Shown: piece by piece, positions 1-10,215 of the stretch | How positions within the stretch are numbered: the first letter of the stretch is position 1 | How the letters are laid out: each line of letters starts with the position of its first letter | From: Octopus sinensis | Lineage: Eukaryota | Assembly (NCBI RefSeq): GCF_006345805.1 | Contig: NW_021825122.1 | Span: 1 to 16,696 of the forward strand | Reading direction: 5' to 3' | DNA length: 16,696 nt | Translations under genes and position numbers: made by a program | Notes under the pieces: generated by a model | Databases searched by the model: none | The model's input: the letters and a program-made list of their open reading frames with translations, nothing else | What the model was told of the DNA's origin: nothing

Positions 1-224
1 AGCATCATGATCGTAAGATTGTGGTTTCGATTCCTGGACCAAGCGACGCGTTGTGTTCTTGAGCAAAACACTTCATTTCACGTTGCTCCAGTCCACTCAG
101 CTGGCAAAAATGAGTAACGCTGCGATGGACTGGCGTCCCGTCCAGCTGGGGAACACATACGCCATTGAGACCGGGAAACCGGGCCCATGAGCTTGGCTAG
201 TCTTTAAAAGGGCGCATTTATTTT
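1..224 (+). mobile_element. tRNA-derived SINE, family A (tail variant 1), 5' end cut by window edge
   Basis: Bases ~6-115 (catgatcgtaag..gtttcgattcc B-box..ttgtgttcttgagcaaaacactt..cagctggcaaaaatgagt) are near-identical to the head of the full-length copy at 14660-14981 (-). The central part resembles the CORE-type SINE domain. Confidence 0.85.
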
Positions 225-307
225 ACTAGACAACGCTGATATCAATTAACCCTCTCTCCTCAAAATTACTGGCCTTCTGCCAGCATCATGCCTTATAGCA
301 TGTGCTG

Positions 308-420
308 CTACATTATCCTAAGTATATGCTTCAAGTACGTTGTTTTTAAGATGAAAGCAAGTGATTTGAGGGATATTTTGGCGCTATTTCTTGGAAGGTG
401 AATGACGACAAGGAGGTTTC
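308..420 (+). repeat. Old dispersed repeat fragment (family D)
   Basis: cattatcc...gtgatttgagggatattttggcgctatttct resembles 1719-1792 (+) and the reverse complement of 11655-11700. Judged by eye only. Confidence 0.45.
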
Positions 421-514
421 ACTGTACTAAAATAATTCGTTTGGAGGGAACAAAGATGTAACTAAACGAAATGAATGTAACTTTAAGCAACAAATTGTTT
501 TACACCTGGAATAT

Positions 515-575
515 GTACGTATGTGTGTGTATGCTTATCTCTCTGTGTGTTTGTACACACACACAAACACGCATA

Positions 576-610
<35 letters not shown>

Positions 611-1347
611 AAGTGTTTGCGTATGTGTACGTGAGCGTGTGAGTGGGTGTGTTATCGCTCGTGGAGTGTATATATCGCTCTTAATAAATATGTATGTATA
701 CAAATACATAAATACATATAGATGTATATATATATATATATATATAAACATATACACATACATACATACATACATACATTCATAAATACATACATACATA
801 CGTACATACACACACACATATATATAAGCACACGCACACAGTACACATGCACATACATACCTATATATATATATATACATACACACATGTGTGTGTATTT
901 GTGTGTGTATATGTCTTGATGTGTGGTGAAGGTAAATGTTTCTATGTATATGTATATGGCTGAGTTTTCTTGTGTCTTTTGTTTTAATATTAGATCTTGG
1001 CACATTAGACGTTTGGCGAAATGATGTTATGTGTGGATCGAAGTGCTATGGATAGTGTATGTGTGTACCTGTGTTTGTGTTGGGCGTATATGCGTGTTAG
1101 AGTATGTGTATGAGCGTATGTGCCTACGTATGTGTACATATGAGCGTGTATTTATTTTTTGTGTGTGCGTGTGTTTGTGTTTTTGTGTGTCTGTGTGTGT
1201 ATGCAAGTGGGTGTGAGGTGAGGCAAACAGACAGACCTCCGGTTAGAAAATGGGGTATTTATTTAACACCTGTGAGATAGATGTCGCTGTAATCGGAGAG
1301 TAAGCAATGACAATGATAGGTTTAACTCCCGGGTGACACTGTGAGCG

Positions 1348-1430
<83 letters not shown>
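515..1430. repeat. Compound (TG)n/(CA)n/(TA)n/(TACA)n microsatellite field
   Basis: Directly visible, e.g. (TA)n at ~578-608, 726-746 and 1361-1397, and (TACA)n at ~755-810. Confidence 0.95.
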
Positions 1431-1639
1431 ATGTTTAGATAACTTCATTTCGCGATGAAAGATAACGAAGAGGATGGTTTTGGTGATTGTATTGTCTTGT
1501 AATAATGTATTGTAAGTGTATTTGTTGTTATTGTTGTATCCGTTCTTATTGTATTTGTTGTTATTGTATTCGCTATTATTATTGATTGTTGTCGTTTTTA
1601 TTGTATTTGTTTGCTATTGTTGTTATCATCGTCATCGTC

Positions 1640-1795
1640 GTTGTTTTTGCTTAACCCCCGGATTTCCTGCCGTGACCCTCACAACTTTTTAAACGAACAA
1701 TGCAACTACCTAAGAAAGCATTATCTAATTTTTCCTTTGCTTCTTTCAGGCAGCAGTGTATCTTATTCGAGGTAGGTGGCGCTACTATTTCTATC
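1640..1795 (+). repeat. Old dispersed repeat fragment (family D)
   Basis: Shares cattatc.. and ..gagg..gct(a)ctatttct motifs with 308-420 and with 11655-11815 (-). Preceded by a degenerate (TTG/TTA)n tract. Confidence 0.4.
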
Positions 1796-1839
1796 AATAA
1801 AATGTAATGTCGTTTATCTTTTACTTGTTTTAATCATGG

Positions 1840-2653
1840 AAAGTAATGACTGCCTTTGAGAAAGAGGGAAAAACCTCCTCGTCGAAACGAAACTCCGGAA
1901 GAAAGCCAAAACTTTCAGATACGGACCGTTGAATTCTTACGCGAATTGTTAGAAAGAATCACAAAAAATTAAGTCCTAAAATTACTGCAGAGATTAATGA
2001 CCGCCTCGAGAACCCATTTTCCTAAAAGACTGTTCGCCGGTCGCTGCTAAAAGCCGGATTTCACGGGAGGGCTGCAATCAGAAAACCACTACTTTCAAAA
2101 ACAAAAGCAAAGCGTTTAGAGTGGCGTAAAAACCTACATAATTGGTCCCCAGAGCAGTGGGAAAATGTTATTTTCTCGGACGAGTGATCCTTTATCTTAT
2201 TTCCGACCACCGGCCGAGTATACGTGTGGAGACAGCTTCAAAAGAAATATTTGGAGCAGACTGCGTTCTTCCAACTGTTAAACATGGAGGGGGATCGGTG
2301 ATGATCTGGGGTGCTATGTCTTGCAAACCCGCCAGGCCTATAGATACCCTTCATAGCAGAATTAATAGTCAAGACTATTTAAGCATTTTATCCGATCAAA
2401 TTCATCCTATGGTTGCCGAACAGTTTCCAGAGGGAAACGCAATCTTTTAGGATGATAATGCACCAATTCACTCAGTTAAAGTTGCTACAGAATGGTACAA
2501 GGAACATTCTAGTGAAGTTGAACATCATATCTGACCACCACTGTCCCCAAATCTCAATATTAGAACTGGGATTACTGCCAAAGGCAGTCCTACGGATGTT
2601 AAAATAAATTTGTTTGAAATTTCAGTGTGTTTCCATTATTTTCACCAACCCTG
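1840..2653 (+). mobile_element. Decayed Tc1-like DNA transposon (transposase pseudogene plus 3' TIR; 5' end missing)
   Basis: Manual translation: KRNSGRKPKLS..KTVRRSLLKAGFHGRAAIRKPLLS..KRLEW..W..VIF/SDE..GRVYVWR/..PTVKHGGGSVMIWGAM..F*DDNAPIH..*PPLSPNLNI, then ITAKGSPT. Stops at 1930, 2023, 2448 and 2532, plus two frameshifts. Ends in gtgtttccattattttcaccaaccctg followed by TA (2654-2655), a Tc1-type terminus. Confidence 0.93.
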
Positions 2654-2655
2654 TA

Positions 2656-3010
2656 TAACTTGATTACCAACCACATGCTTCCGGGTTCAGTCCCACTTCG
2701 TGTCAACTTGGGCAAGTGTCTTCTACTATAGCCTCGGGCCGACTAAAGCCTTGTGAGTGGATTTGGTAGACGGAAACTGAAAAGAAGCCCGTCGTATATA
2801 TGTATATGTATATATGTGTGTGTGTGTGTTTGTCTGTGTTTGTCCCCCCAACATCGCTTGACAACCGATGCTGCTGGTGTGTTTACGTCGCAGTAACTTA
2901 GCGGTTCGGCAAAATAGACCGATAGAATAAGAACTAGGCTTACAAAGAATAAGTCCTGGGGTCGATTTGCTCGATTAAAGGCGGTGCTCCAGCATGGCCG
3001 CAGTTAAATG
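2656..3010 (+). mobile_element. tRNA-derived SINE family B, copy 1 (clipped at both ends)
   Basis: Colinear with 3441-3849: B-box gggttcagtccc, ttgggcaagtgtcttct, internal (TA)/(TG) tract, 3' ggcggtgctccagcatggccgcag. Confidence 0.92.
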
Positions 3011-3146
3011 TTTTTATAATTATGAGTACAATTGTAATTAAGGTTCAGCAACAAAATGTGCTTCACCACATACCGAAATTTCGGTAAGTGGCGAATCAAA
3101 TTTTGTTGCTGAACCCTAATTATGATTATACTCATAATTATAAAAA
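3011..3146. repeat. 136-bp spacerless imperfect palindrome
   Basis: Arms 3011-3078 and 3079-3146 are reverse complements, centred on taccgaaa|tttcggta. I count 8 mismatches in 68 bp and no indels. Confidence 0.95.
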
Positions 3147-3243
3147 AATTTGTATAAGTTTGCCGATAATGGTCCTTTTAACATGCCGAAATACTTGGTA
3201 AAATTATTGATTAATCATTAATTAATTAATTTTACGCTTATTT

Positions 3244-3440
<197 letters not shown>

Positions 3441-3849
3441 GAGTGGCTGTGTGGTAAGTAGCTTGCTAACCAACCACATGGTTCCGGGTTCAGTCCCACT
3501 GCGTGGCATCTTGGGCTAGTGTCTTCTGCTATAGCCCCGGGCCGACCAATGCCTTGTGAGTGGATTTGGTAGACGGAAACTGAAAGAAGCCTGTCGTATA
3601 TATGTATATATATATATATATAAGTGTGTGTGTATATGTTTGGGTGTCTGTGTTTGTCCCCCTAGCATTGCTTGACAACCGATGCTGGTGTGTTTACGTC
3701 CCCGTCACTTAGCGGTTCGGCAAAAGAGACCGATAGAATAAGTACTGGGCTTACAAAGAATAAGTCCCGGGGTCGATTTGCTCGACTAAAGGCGGTGCTC
3801 CAGCATGGCCGCAGTCAAATGACTGAAACAAGTAAAAGAGTAAAAGAGT
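3441..3849 (+). mobile_element. tRNA-derived SINE family B, copy 2 (near full length)
   Basis: A-box-like tggctgtgtgg, B-box-like ggttcagtccc, internal microsatellite, 3' cagtcaaatgactgaaacaag plus (taaaagag)2 tail. Flanked on both sides by (TA)n. Confidence 0.93.
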
Positions 3850-4363
3850 ATATATATATATATAGAGAGAGAGAAAAATGTGAGTCATGCAGTATAATAG
3901 ACAGTAAAACTACAGCCTGAGAAGCATCGGTTCACCCTTTTTGTATTTTGTGCTGTTTCGTTGATCATCTCTAAAATTGTTTCCTATGGTGTTTTTCTTT
4001 TTTTTTTATTATTCATTCAGCTAATCAAAACCTACCCGTCTATAGCACACATGATACCAAAAACTAACAAATAAACAACTAAAAATACAACTTAAAGCAA
4101 AAAAAAAAATTAATAAAATACAGAAACAAAAGGCAGTACAAACAATAGCAGCAAGCAAAGCAGAAAACAAAACGAGAAAAAAATGTTTAAAAAAAAAATA
4201 TGGCGGAGATACGCTTGCGGTGTTAGCAATAGAAGATTGTGACATACGCGAATTATGTGACGCGTTAGATATAGATAATGTCATATAACTCTGATTACGC
4301 ATGATATCTACCTTAATATATACATATAAATACATAAATACAGGAATACTTATATACTTACAG

Positions 4364-4468
4364 GTATGTATGTATGTATGTATGTATGCATGCATGTATG
4401 TATGTATGTATGTGTCACTGTCTGTATGTATGTATATATGCATGTAGGTATATATGCATATATATATA

Positions 4469-4546
<78 letters not shown>

Positions 4547-4717
4547 AATACATGCATAGATAAAGAGAGATAGTAGATAGATAGATAGATAGATAGATAT
4601 CACATTCCCACGCACGCGTGCACATACGCACCACACACAACACACATAATATATAATATATATATATCATACATACTACATATATATATATATATAGTAT
4701 ATAATATATATTATATC

Positions 4718-4771
<54 letters not shown>
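4364..4771. repeat. Compound (TATG)n/(TA)n/(GATA)n/(CA)n microsatellites
   Basis: Directly visible. Confidence 0.95.
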
Positions 4772-5346
4772 GGCGCAGGAGTGCCGTGTGGTAAGTAGCT
4801 TGCTTACCAACCACATGGTTCTGGGTTCAGTCCCACCTGCGTGGCACCTTGAGCAATGTCTTCTACTCGCAATACCAGAGGGCGCACACTCTCCTACTCT
4901 GATGTAATCTCCAGGGATACAGGCATCCAGCAACAGGACCTCCGTAATGCTATGATGGACCGTGAAGTCTGGCGTAGCATGGTAAATTCCATTGACTCGA
5001 CCACGGTCGAACAATGATGATGATGATGTCTTCTACTATAGCCTCGGGCCAAGGAAAGCTTTGTGAGTGGATTTGGTAGACGAAAACTCAAAGAAGCCCA
5101 TCGTATATAAGTATATATATGCGTGTGTATGTTTGTATGTCTGTGTTTGTCCCCCTAGCATTGCTTGACAACCAATGTGGTCTGTTTCTGTTCCCGTCAT
5201 TAGCGGTTCGGCAAAAGAAACAGATAGAATAAGTACTAGGCTTACAAAGAATAAGTCCCGGGGTTGATTTGCTCGACTAAAGGCGGTGCTCCAGCATGGT
5301 CGCAGTCAAATGACTGAAACAAGTAAGAGAGTAAAAGAGCAAAAGA
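4772..5346 (+). mobile_element. tRNA-derived SINE family B, copy 3, interrupted by a LINE fragment
   Basis: Starts ggcgcaggagtg. Colinear with copy 2 once 4868-5037 is removed. Confidence 0.93.
4868..5025 (+). mobile_element. 5'-truncated RTE-clade LINE 3' end with (TGA)n tail
   Basis: 4868-5017 translates without interruption as RNTRGRTLSYSDVISRDTGIQQQDLRNAMMDREVWRSMVNSIDSTTVEQ*, the RG-R..D..D-G..M-DR..W-R C-terminal signature of RTE ORFs. Perfect 12-bp TSD atgtcttctact at 4856-4867 and 5026-5037. Confidence 0.88.
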
Positions 5347-5437
5347 AGCTGTCAACGGGCAGTGTTTGATTTTTTTCTAAACAAAAGTGCTTCTCAGCCC
5401 AATGTTTATATTCTGTTTATAGATTTCTTGTGACGTG

Positions 5438-5666
5438 CTGGCGAGCTGGCAGAAACGTTAGCACGCCGGGCGAAATGCGTAGCCGTATTTCGTCTGCCGT
5501 TACGTTCTGAGTTCAAATTCCGCCGAAGTCGACTTTGCCTTTCATCCTTTCGGAGTCGATAAATTAAGTACCAGTTACGCACTGAGGTCGATGTAATCGA
5601 CTTAATCCGTTTGTCTGTCCTTGTTTGTCCCATCTATGTTTAGCCTCTTGTGAGCAATAAAGAAAC
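5438..5666 (+). mobile_element. tRNA-derived SINE family C (Nin/Deu-like central domain), full length
   Basis: Head ggcgagctggcagaaacgttag, B-box gagttcaaattcc, core gtcgactttgcctttcatcctttcggagtcgataaattaagtacc. TSD agattt(c)ttgtgacgtg at 5421-5437 and 5667-5682. Confidence 0.9.
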
Positions 5667-6762
5667 AGATTTTTGTGACGTGTCTCGAAAGTCCATAGTC
5701 CAAAATTGAATTATTTCACGTTCTCTTAGGTATTTTAAAATTCTTCTGATGTTATATATATAATGTTACTCTCTTTCTCTCACTCTCTCTCTCTCTCTCT
5801 CACACATACACACACACACACGCACTGTATGCGTATATGTGTATCTTCGCACGCGCCCCACATTATTTTTGCCTCCAGTGTCAAAAAGCATTGTTACCGA
5901 AACATGTTCAGTATCCGAATCGCCAGAACAGTTTCACTCATTGTCGCACCCAATGTCTAGCCCATTCGTCTCGTTCCCCACTTCTAGCTGCACTACATTA
6001 CTCTGAATTTTGCTTGGACTTTATTGTGGATCTTGTTGAACTGCAGGCCATCGCTTATCTGTCTGATCTACAAACAAAGCTTCCCTTTTTTGTCCACTCT
6101 TTCTTATATTTTCTGATAATGTATTTTGTACTGCATTGCCAAACACATACTTCTTTTTTCCGAGGCAATAGAAAATGATTTGAGGAAGGTTAAGCTGATA
6201 TTTCTAACAATTGCTGAATCGTTTCATGTCCCGTTGTTTGCACGAGGAGTTTTGGTGGCATTTAAGACCGATTTCACTATAAATGCAGCATTTGTGAATC
6301 TGGGGATCCCGCCCCTCTCATTAAGGGACAAAACTCACTTGGTATGTTCCATAACCTTTATAGAATATAAAAGAGAGATTAAAATCCGGGCTGTGTACTC
6401 AGGAAGCACTTCTGCAAATACTGGCTATCAGTTATATATACGTAGATGGCTTATCTTTAAAAAGAAACCTATCCATTTGTAACTATATTTGTAACACTCT
6501 TTATTGTACCTTCAGAATTAACAATTACCATAATTTCTATTCTTTGTTTTAATATATCCGTTCTCTGACACTAGTATACATAGCTTGGTTTGTATAGAGA
6601 TTATTGAAGTAAGTTGGTCAAAACTGGAGCTGGATAATACTAGCTGTAAAATAACTGAAACACTTCGTTTAGAAAATGAACTTATGCTACAGACTCAGCT
6701 CAACGCAATCACACTAACAGCATTTTACAGAGCTCATACTTGTATCATTATAAGCATCAGAA

Positions 6763-6975
6763 AAGGTGACGAGCTGGCAGAGTCGTTGGCACGCCGGACA
6801 AAACCGTTAGCGGCGGGCATTTCCTTCGGCTTCTACGTCCTGAATTCAAATTTTGCCGCAGTCTGCCTTGCTCCTCATCCTTTCGGACTCGACACAACAG
6901 GTACCAGTTGAACACTGGGAGTCGATGCAATCAACTTATCCTCTGACCCTAAAACCGCCGACAAAACATGAAACC
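6763..6975 (+). mobile_element. SINE family C, diverged copy
   Basis: gacgagctggcagagtcgttggcacgccgg..gaattcaaatt..tcatcctttcggactcga..ggtaccagttg aligns by eye to 5438-5605. Confidence 0.85.
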
Positions 6976-7074
6976 AAAATAACCGTGGGAAATTGTATTT
7001 TGAAAACCATGAATGATAAAATAATATGAATGAATTCAATCCAAACTCACACACTCTCTCTCTCTTTCTCTCTC

Positions 7075-7114
<40 letters not shown>

Positions 7115-7230
7115 CACACACACACACACACACACTATAAAATTACTCCATTCCATTGCTATGTCACACTCACCGTAACCATCTACACCCTCCCATATTA
7201 TTTGTATTGCTTGGTATTCCTCACTTACAG

Positions 7231-7239
7231 CGTCTTCCG
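7231..7239 (+). other. Candidate 9-nt microexon (cgtcttccg) of an unidentified host gene
   Basis: Acceptor ttcctcacttacag, donor CCG|GTAAGT, frame-preserving length, TGC at 7208-7210, and no AG dinucleotide from 6922 to 7228. Confidence 0.5.
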
Positions 7240-7538
7240 GTAAGTAATTATATCCTCTTATCGTCAATCTCGCGAAATATTCCATTTTTATTTTCCATAA
7301 GGCTTTATTGAATTACAATATATCTTATGATAACGTATTCGAAACCTTCAACGACACCACATTCGCTGGGTTATTTTTCTTTTGTCTTTCTGAGCTTGTG
7401 TTCATATACGCTGGTTTGTTTCTTTGTTTTGTTTGTATCATGTTTGGTGGCTTTAAATATTTTATTATTTTAGTTTATTTACTTACCTGTTTATCTTCAA
7501 TCTAGAATGTCAGCTTTGCTTATCTGTAACCACAATCG

Positions 7539-8128
7539 TGTATGTATGTATGTATGTATGTATGTATGTATGTATGTATGTATGTATGTATGTACGTATG
7601 TATGTATGTATGTATGTATGTATGTATGTTGTATGTATGTAGTATGTACGTGTGTATGTATGTATGTATGTATGTATGTATGTAGGTAGGTAGTATGTAT
7701 GTATGCATGCATGCTGTATGTATGTATGTATGTATGTATGTATGTATGTTGTATGCATGTACGTATGTACGTATGTATGTATGTATGTATGTATGTACGT
7801 ACACAATGGTATGTATGCATGTATGTATGTATGTATGTTATGTATGTATGTATGTATGTATGTATGTATGTATGTATGCATGCATGCATGTATGTATGTA
7901 TGTATGTATGTATGTATGTATGTATGTACGTATGTACGTATGTATGTATGTATGTATGTATGCATGTACGTATGTACACACGCACACACATACATATCAA
8001 TATGAATATACATACGCATGGACACACAACATACACACATAAATGTATACATTTAAGTACATATACGTTTATCTATCTATTTACCAATCTTTCTATCTAT
8101 CTATCTATCTATCTACCTATCTATCTAC

Positions 8129-8203
<75 letters not shown>

Positions 8204-8216
8204 TGTATATATATGT

Positions 8217-8288
<72 letters not shown>

Positions 8289-8352
8289 TATATACTACAC
8301 TCCACACACACACACACACACACACCACACATATATATATATGTATGTATGT
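7539..8352. repeat. Long (ATGT)n array followed by (CTAT)n, (TA)n and (CA)n
   Basis: Directly visible; source of the MYVC/HTYI pseudo-ORFs. Confidence 0.97.
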
Positions 8353-8840
8353 ATTGTAAGATGAAAACTGCCCACTGTTTACCAGACGTTCACAAATATT
8401 TCTATTTAAATGCAATCGAAGTTAACCTTGTAACCTTTGGGTTAGCCGCTCCACCTATATATATGAAGAAGAATTTCGAATACCTAAATCCGCCCTTTTT
8501 TTGCGTAGTTCTAGTAGTCATGTAGTGATGTTTTTATTTATTTCTTTTTTTTAAGTGGAGTACCTCAAGAAATCGTTAATAGTGCAAAAGGTGTCACATT
8601 GCCATCTCCATCCCCCGCCTGCTCTCTATCTCCCTATCTATCTTTTTCGAGATGTTTCCCTTAAAAAAATAAATTGTGCGGGGAAGCAGCTTCAGATTCA
8701 TTGTACGCGTGCGATGAATCTTTGAATGTGGGATCCACTCCCAGCTAGAGATGGGTATGGAATATCTGCATTACTGAACCTATAGATCGTATGTAGTTGC
8801 TCCACCGGTTACCAATGTGTCAAAGGTCCACAAGCTCAAC

Positions 8841-8981
8841 CAGTGGCGTAGCTAAGAGTGCATGTCACCCGGGGAAGCCCTTGAGTTTTCTACCGCGCTC
8901 CAAGCCTATACAGGCTTATGCAGCAGACCTAGATGTGTCGCCAGAGGCGGATCGCCCCTCCCCCGCCATCTGACACCACTC
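8841..8981. mobile_element. Possible degenerate MITE (hAT-like termini)
   Basis: GC-rich island beginning cagtggcgtagct and ending tgacaccact (imperfect inverted termini), with internal repeats tgtcacccgggg and tgtcgccagagg. No clean TSD. Confidence 0.4.
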
Positions 8982-9411
8982 GTCTTATCGCCCTCACATC
9001 CCATTGCCCTCGTCCTCGCCTATCCTCGCTCTTCCTTGAACCTCAGTGATACAATGGCAACGATGCATTCTAATCATTTGAACCAATCTCATGTACGATT
9101 AGCTCTTGTTTTATAAACCAACGACGTTCAAAACAGTTTTATGATCGACAATTCAAAGAATCGGAATTGAATACTGCAACACGCATAGTCTACTGTATTA
9201 ATGTTTCATTCACGTCTCTCCACTACCCTGATATTGTCGTTGAATGCTCGAAAAGGGGTCCCTTTGCGTTAACTTGTCCTGTTTTCCATTTTTTCTCGTT
9301 TACGTATTTCACTCGTTTTTCCGTCGTATCTTTACTTATTTCATGTTATTTGAAACGTTGGTGACGTCCTGTTTCCATATATGTATGTATACATGCACGT
9401 ATATATGTATG

Positions 9412-9448
<37 letters not shown>

Positions 9449-9557
9449 GTATAAAAATATATATAAAAATACAAAATGGGACAAGAACGCAAAACACTCA
9501 AAGAGACGACACAAAAAAACGGACGGGTCATTCGAAGATATATATATATATATATAT

Positions 9558-9794
9558 TGAGTGGGATGGCTTACTCGACCAGAAGAAAATTCTAACTGGG
9601 CTCCACCTGCAAGGTCATGTGCTGTTTATCTTGATATGAGATCACCATGTCGCGCACATATGGTTGTGATGCATGTGCCTGGTGTACCCTTATCAGATGG
9701 ATAGTCATGATGAGTATACTGGGCTTCGTATATTTCACCCCAGTGTCACTTTGATGGCATACACTGCACTCTCACTCAATAATAATAATAATAA
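9558..9794 (+). mobile_element. Probable retroposon 3' part with (AAT)n tail (family E)
   Basis: Complex sequence that starts abruptly after (TA)n and ends ctctcactc(aat)n. Single copy in the window, so the call rests on the tail structure and on recall of a similar octopus repeat. Confidence 0.5.
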
Positions 9795-9840
9795 CAAGAA
9801 CAACAACAACAACAACAACAACAACAATAATAATGCTTAG

Positions 9841-9994
9841 GCAGAATTTCATTTTGGCACAAGACCAGTAATTTTTCGGAGCAGATGGTTAGTCTTCTAC
9901 ATCGACTTCAGTACTTGACCGTTACCTTATTTTATCACCCCTTGAATGACTGAAAGACAGAATTTACTACGATGAATTTTGGAATCTGAGTGTA
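9841..9994 (-). mobile_element. SINE family C, old copy
   Basis: ggcacaagacc..acatcgac..cagtacttgacc..taccttattttatcacccc is colinear with 13304-13430. Confidence 0.65.
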
Positions 9995-10089
9995 AAGAAG
10001 AAGAAGAAGAAGAAGAAGAAGAAGAAGAAGAAGAAGAAGAAGAAGAAGAAGAAGAAGAAGAAGAAGAAGAAGAAGAAGAAGAAGAAGAA
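9995..10089. repeat. Perfect (AAG)~31 microsatellite
   Basis: Directly visible; abuts the 3' end of a family C fragment. Confidence 0.98.
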
Positions 10090-10155
10090 TCCTTTCTACT
10101 ATAGGCACAATGCCTGAAATTTGGGAGAATGGGTAAGCCGGTTACATCGACCTCA
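10088..10155 (-). mobile_element. SINE family C, 3'-end fragment
   Basis: tttctactataggcacaatgcctgaaatttggg..acatcgacc matches tttctactctaggcacaagacccgaaatttggg..gatcgacc at 13293-13352. Confidence 0.75.
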
Positions 10156-10165
10156 GATGACGATG

Positions 10166-10197
<32 letters not shown>

Positions 10198-10215
10198 AAT
10201 GATGATGATGATGAT

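Noticed and set aside
500-1448. ORFs of 61-167 aa rich in YI/CV/HT repeats
   Set aside because: They are translations of (TA)/(TG)/(TACA) microsatellites.
2142-2607. Two ORFs as functional genes
   Set aside because: They are fragments of the stop- and frameshift-ridden Tc1 transposase.
3672-3920. 82-aa ORF with a paralogue at 15958-16350
   Set aside because: The similarity comes from SINE B sequence and there is no coding signal.
4055-4288. Plus-strand open frame ending KYGGDTLAVLAIEDCDIRELCDALDIDNVI*, with a YY1-like aatatggcgg
   Set aside because: No in-frame ATG or strong adjacent acceptor, mostly A-rich low complexity, and no recognisable family.
7497-8364. Overlapping ORFs up to 221 aa
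   Set aside because: The (ATGT)n and (CTAT)n arrays lack stops in several frames.
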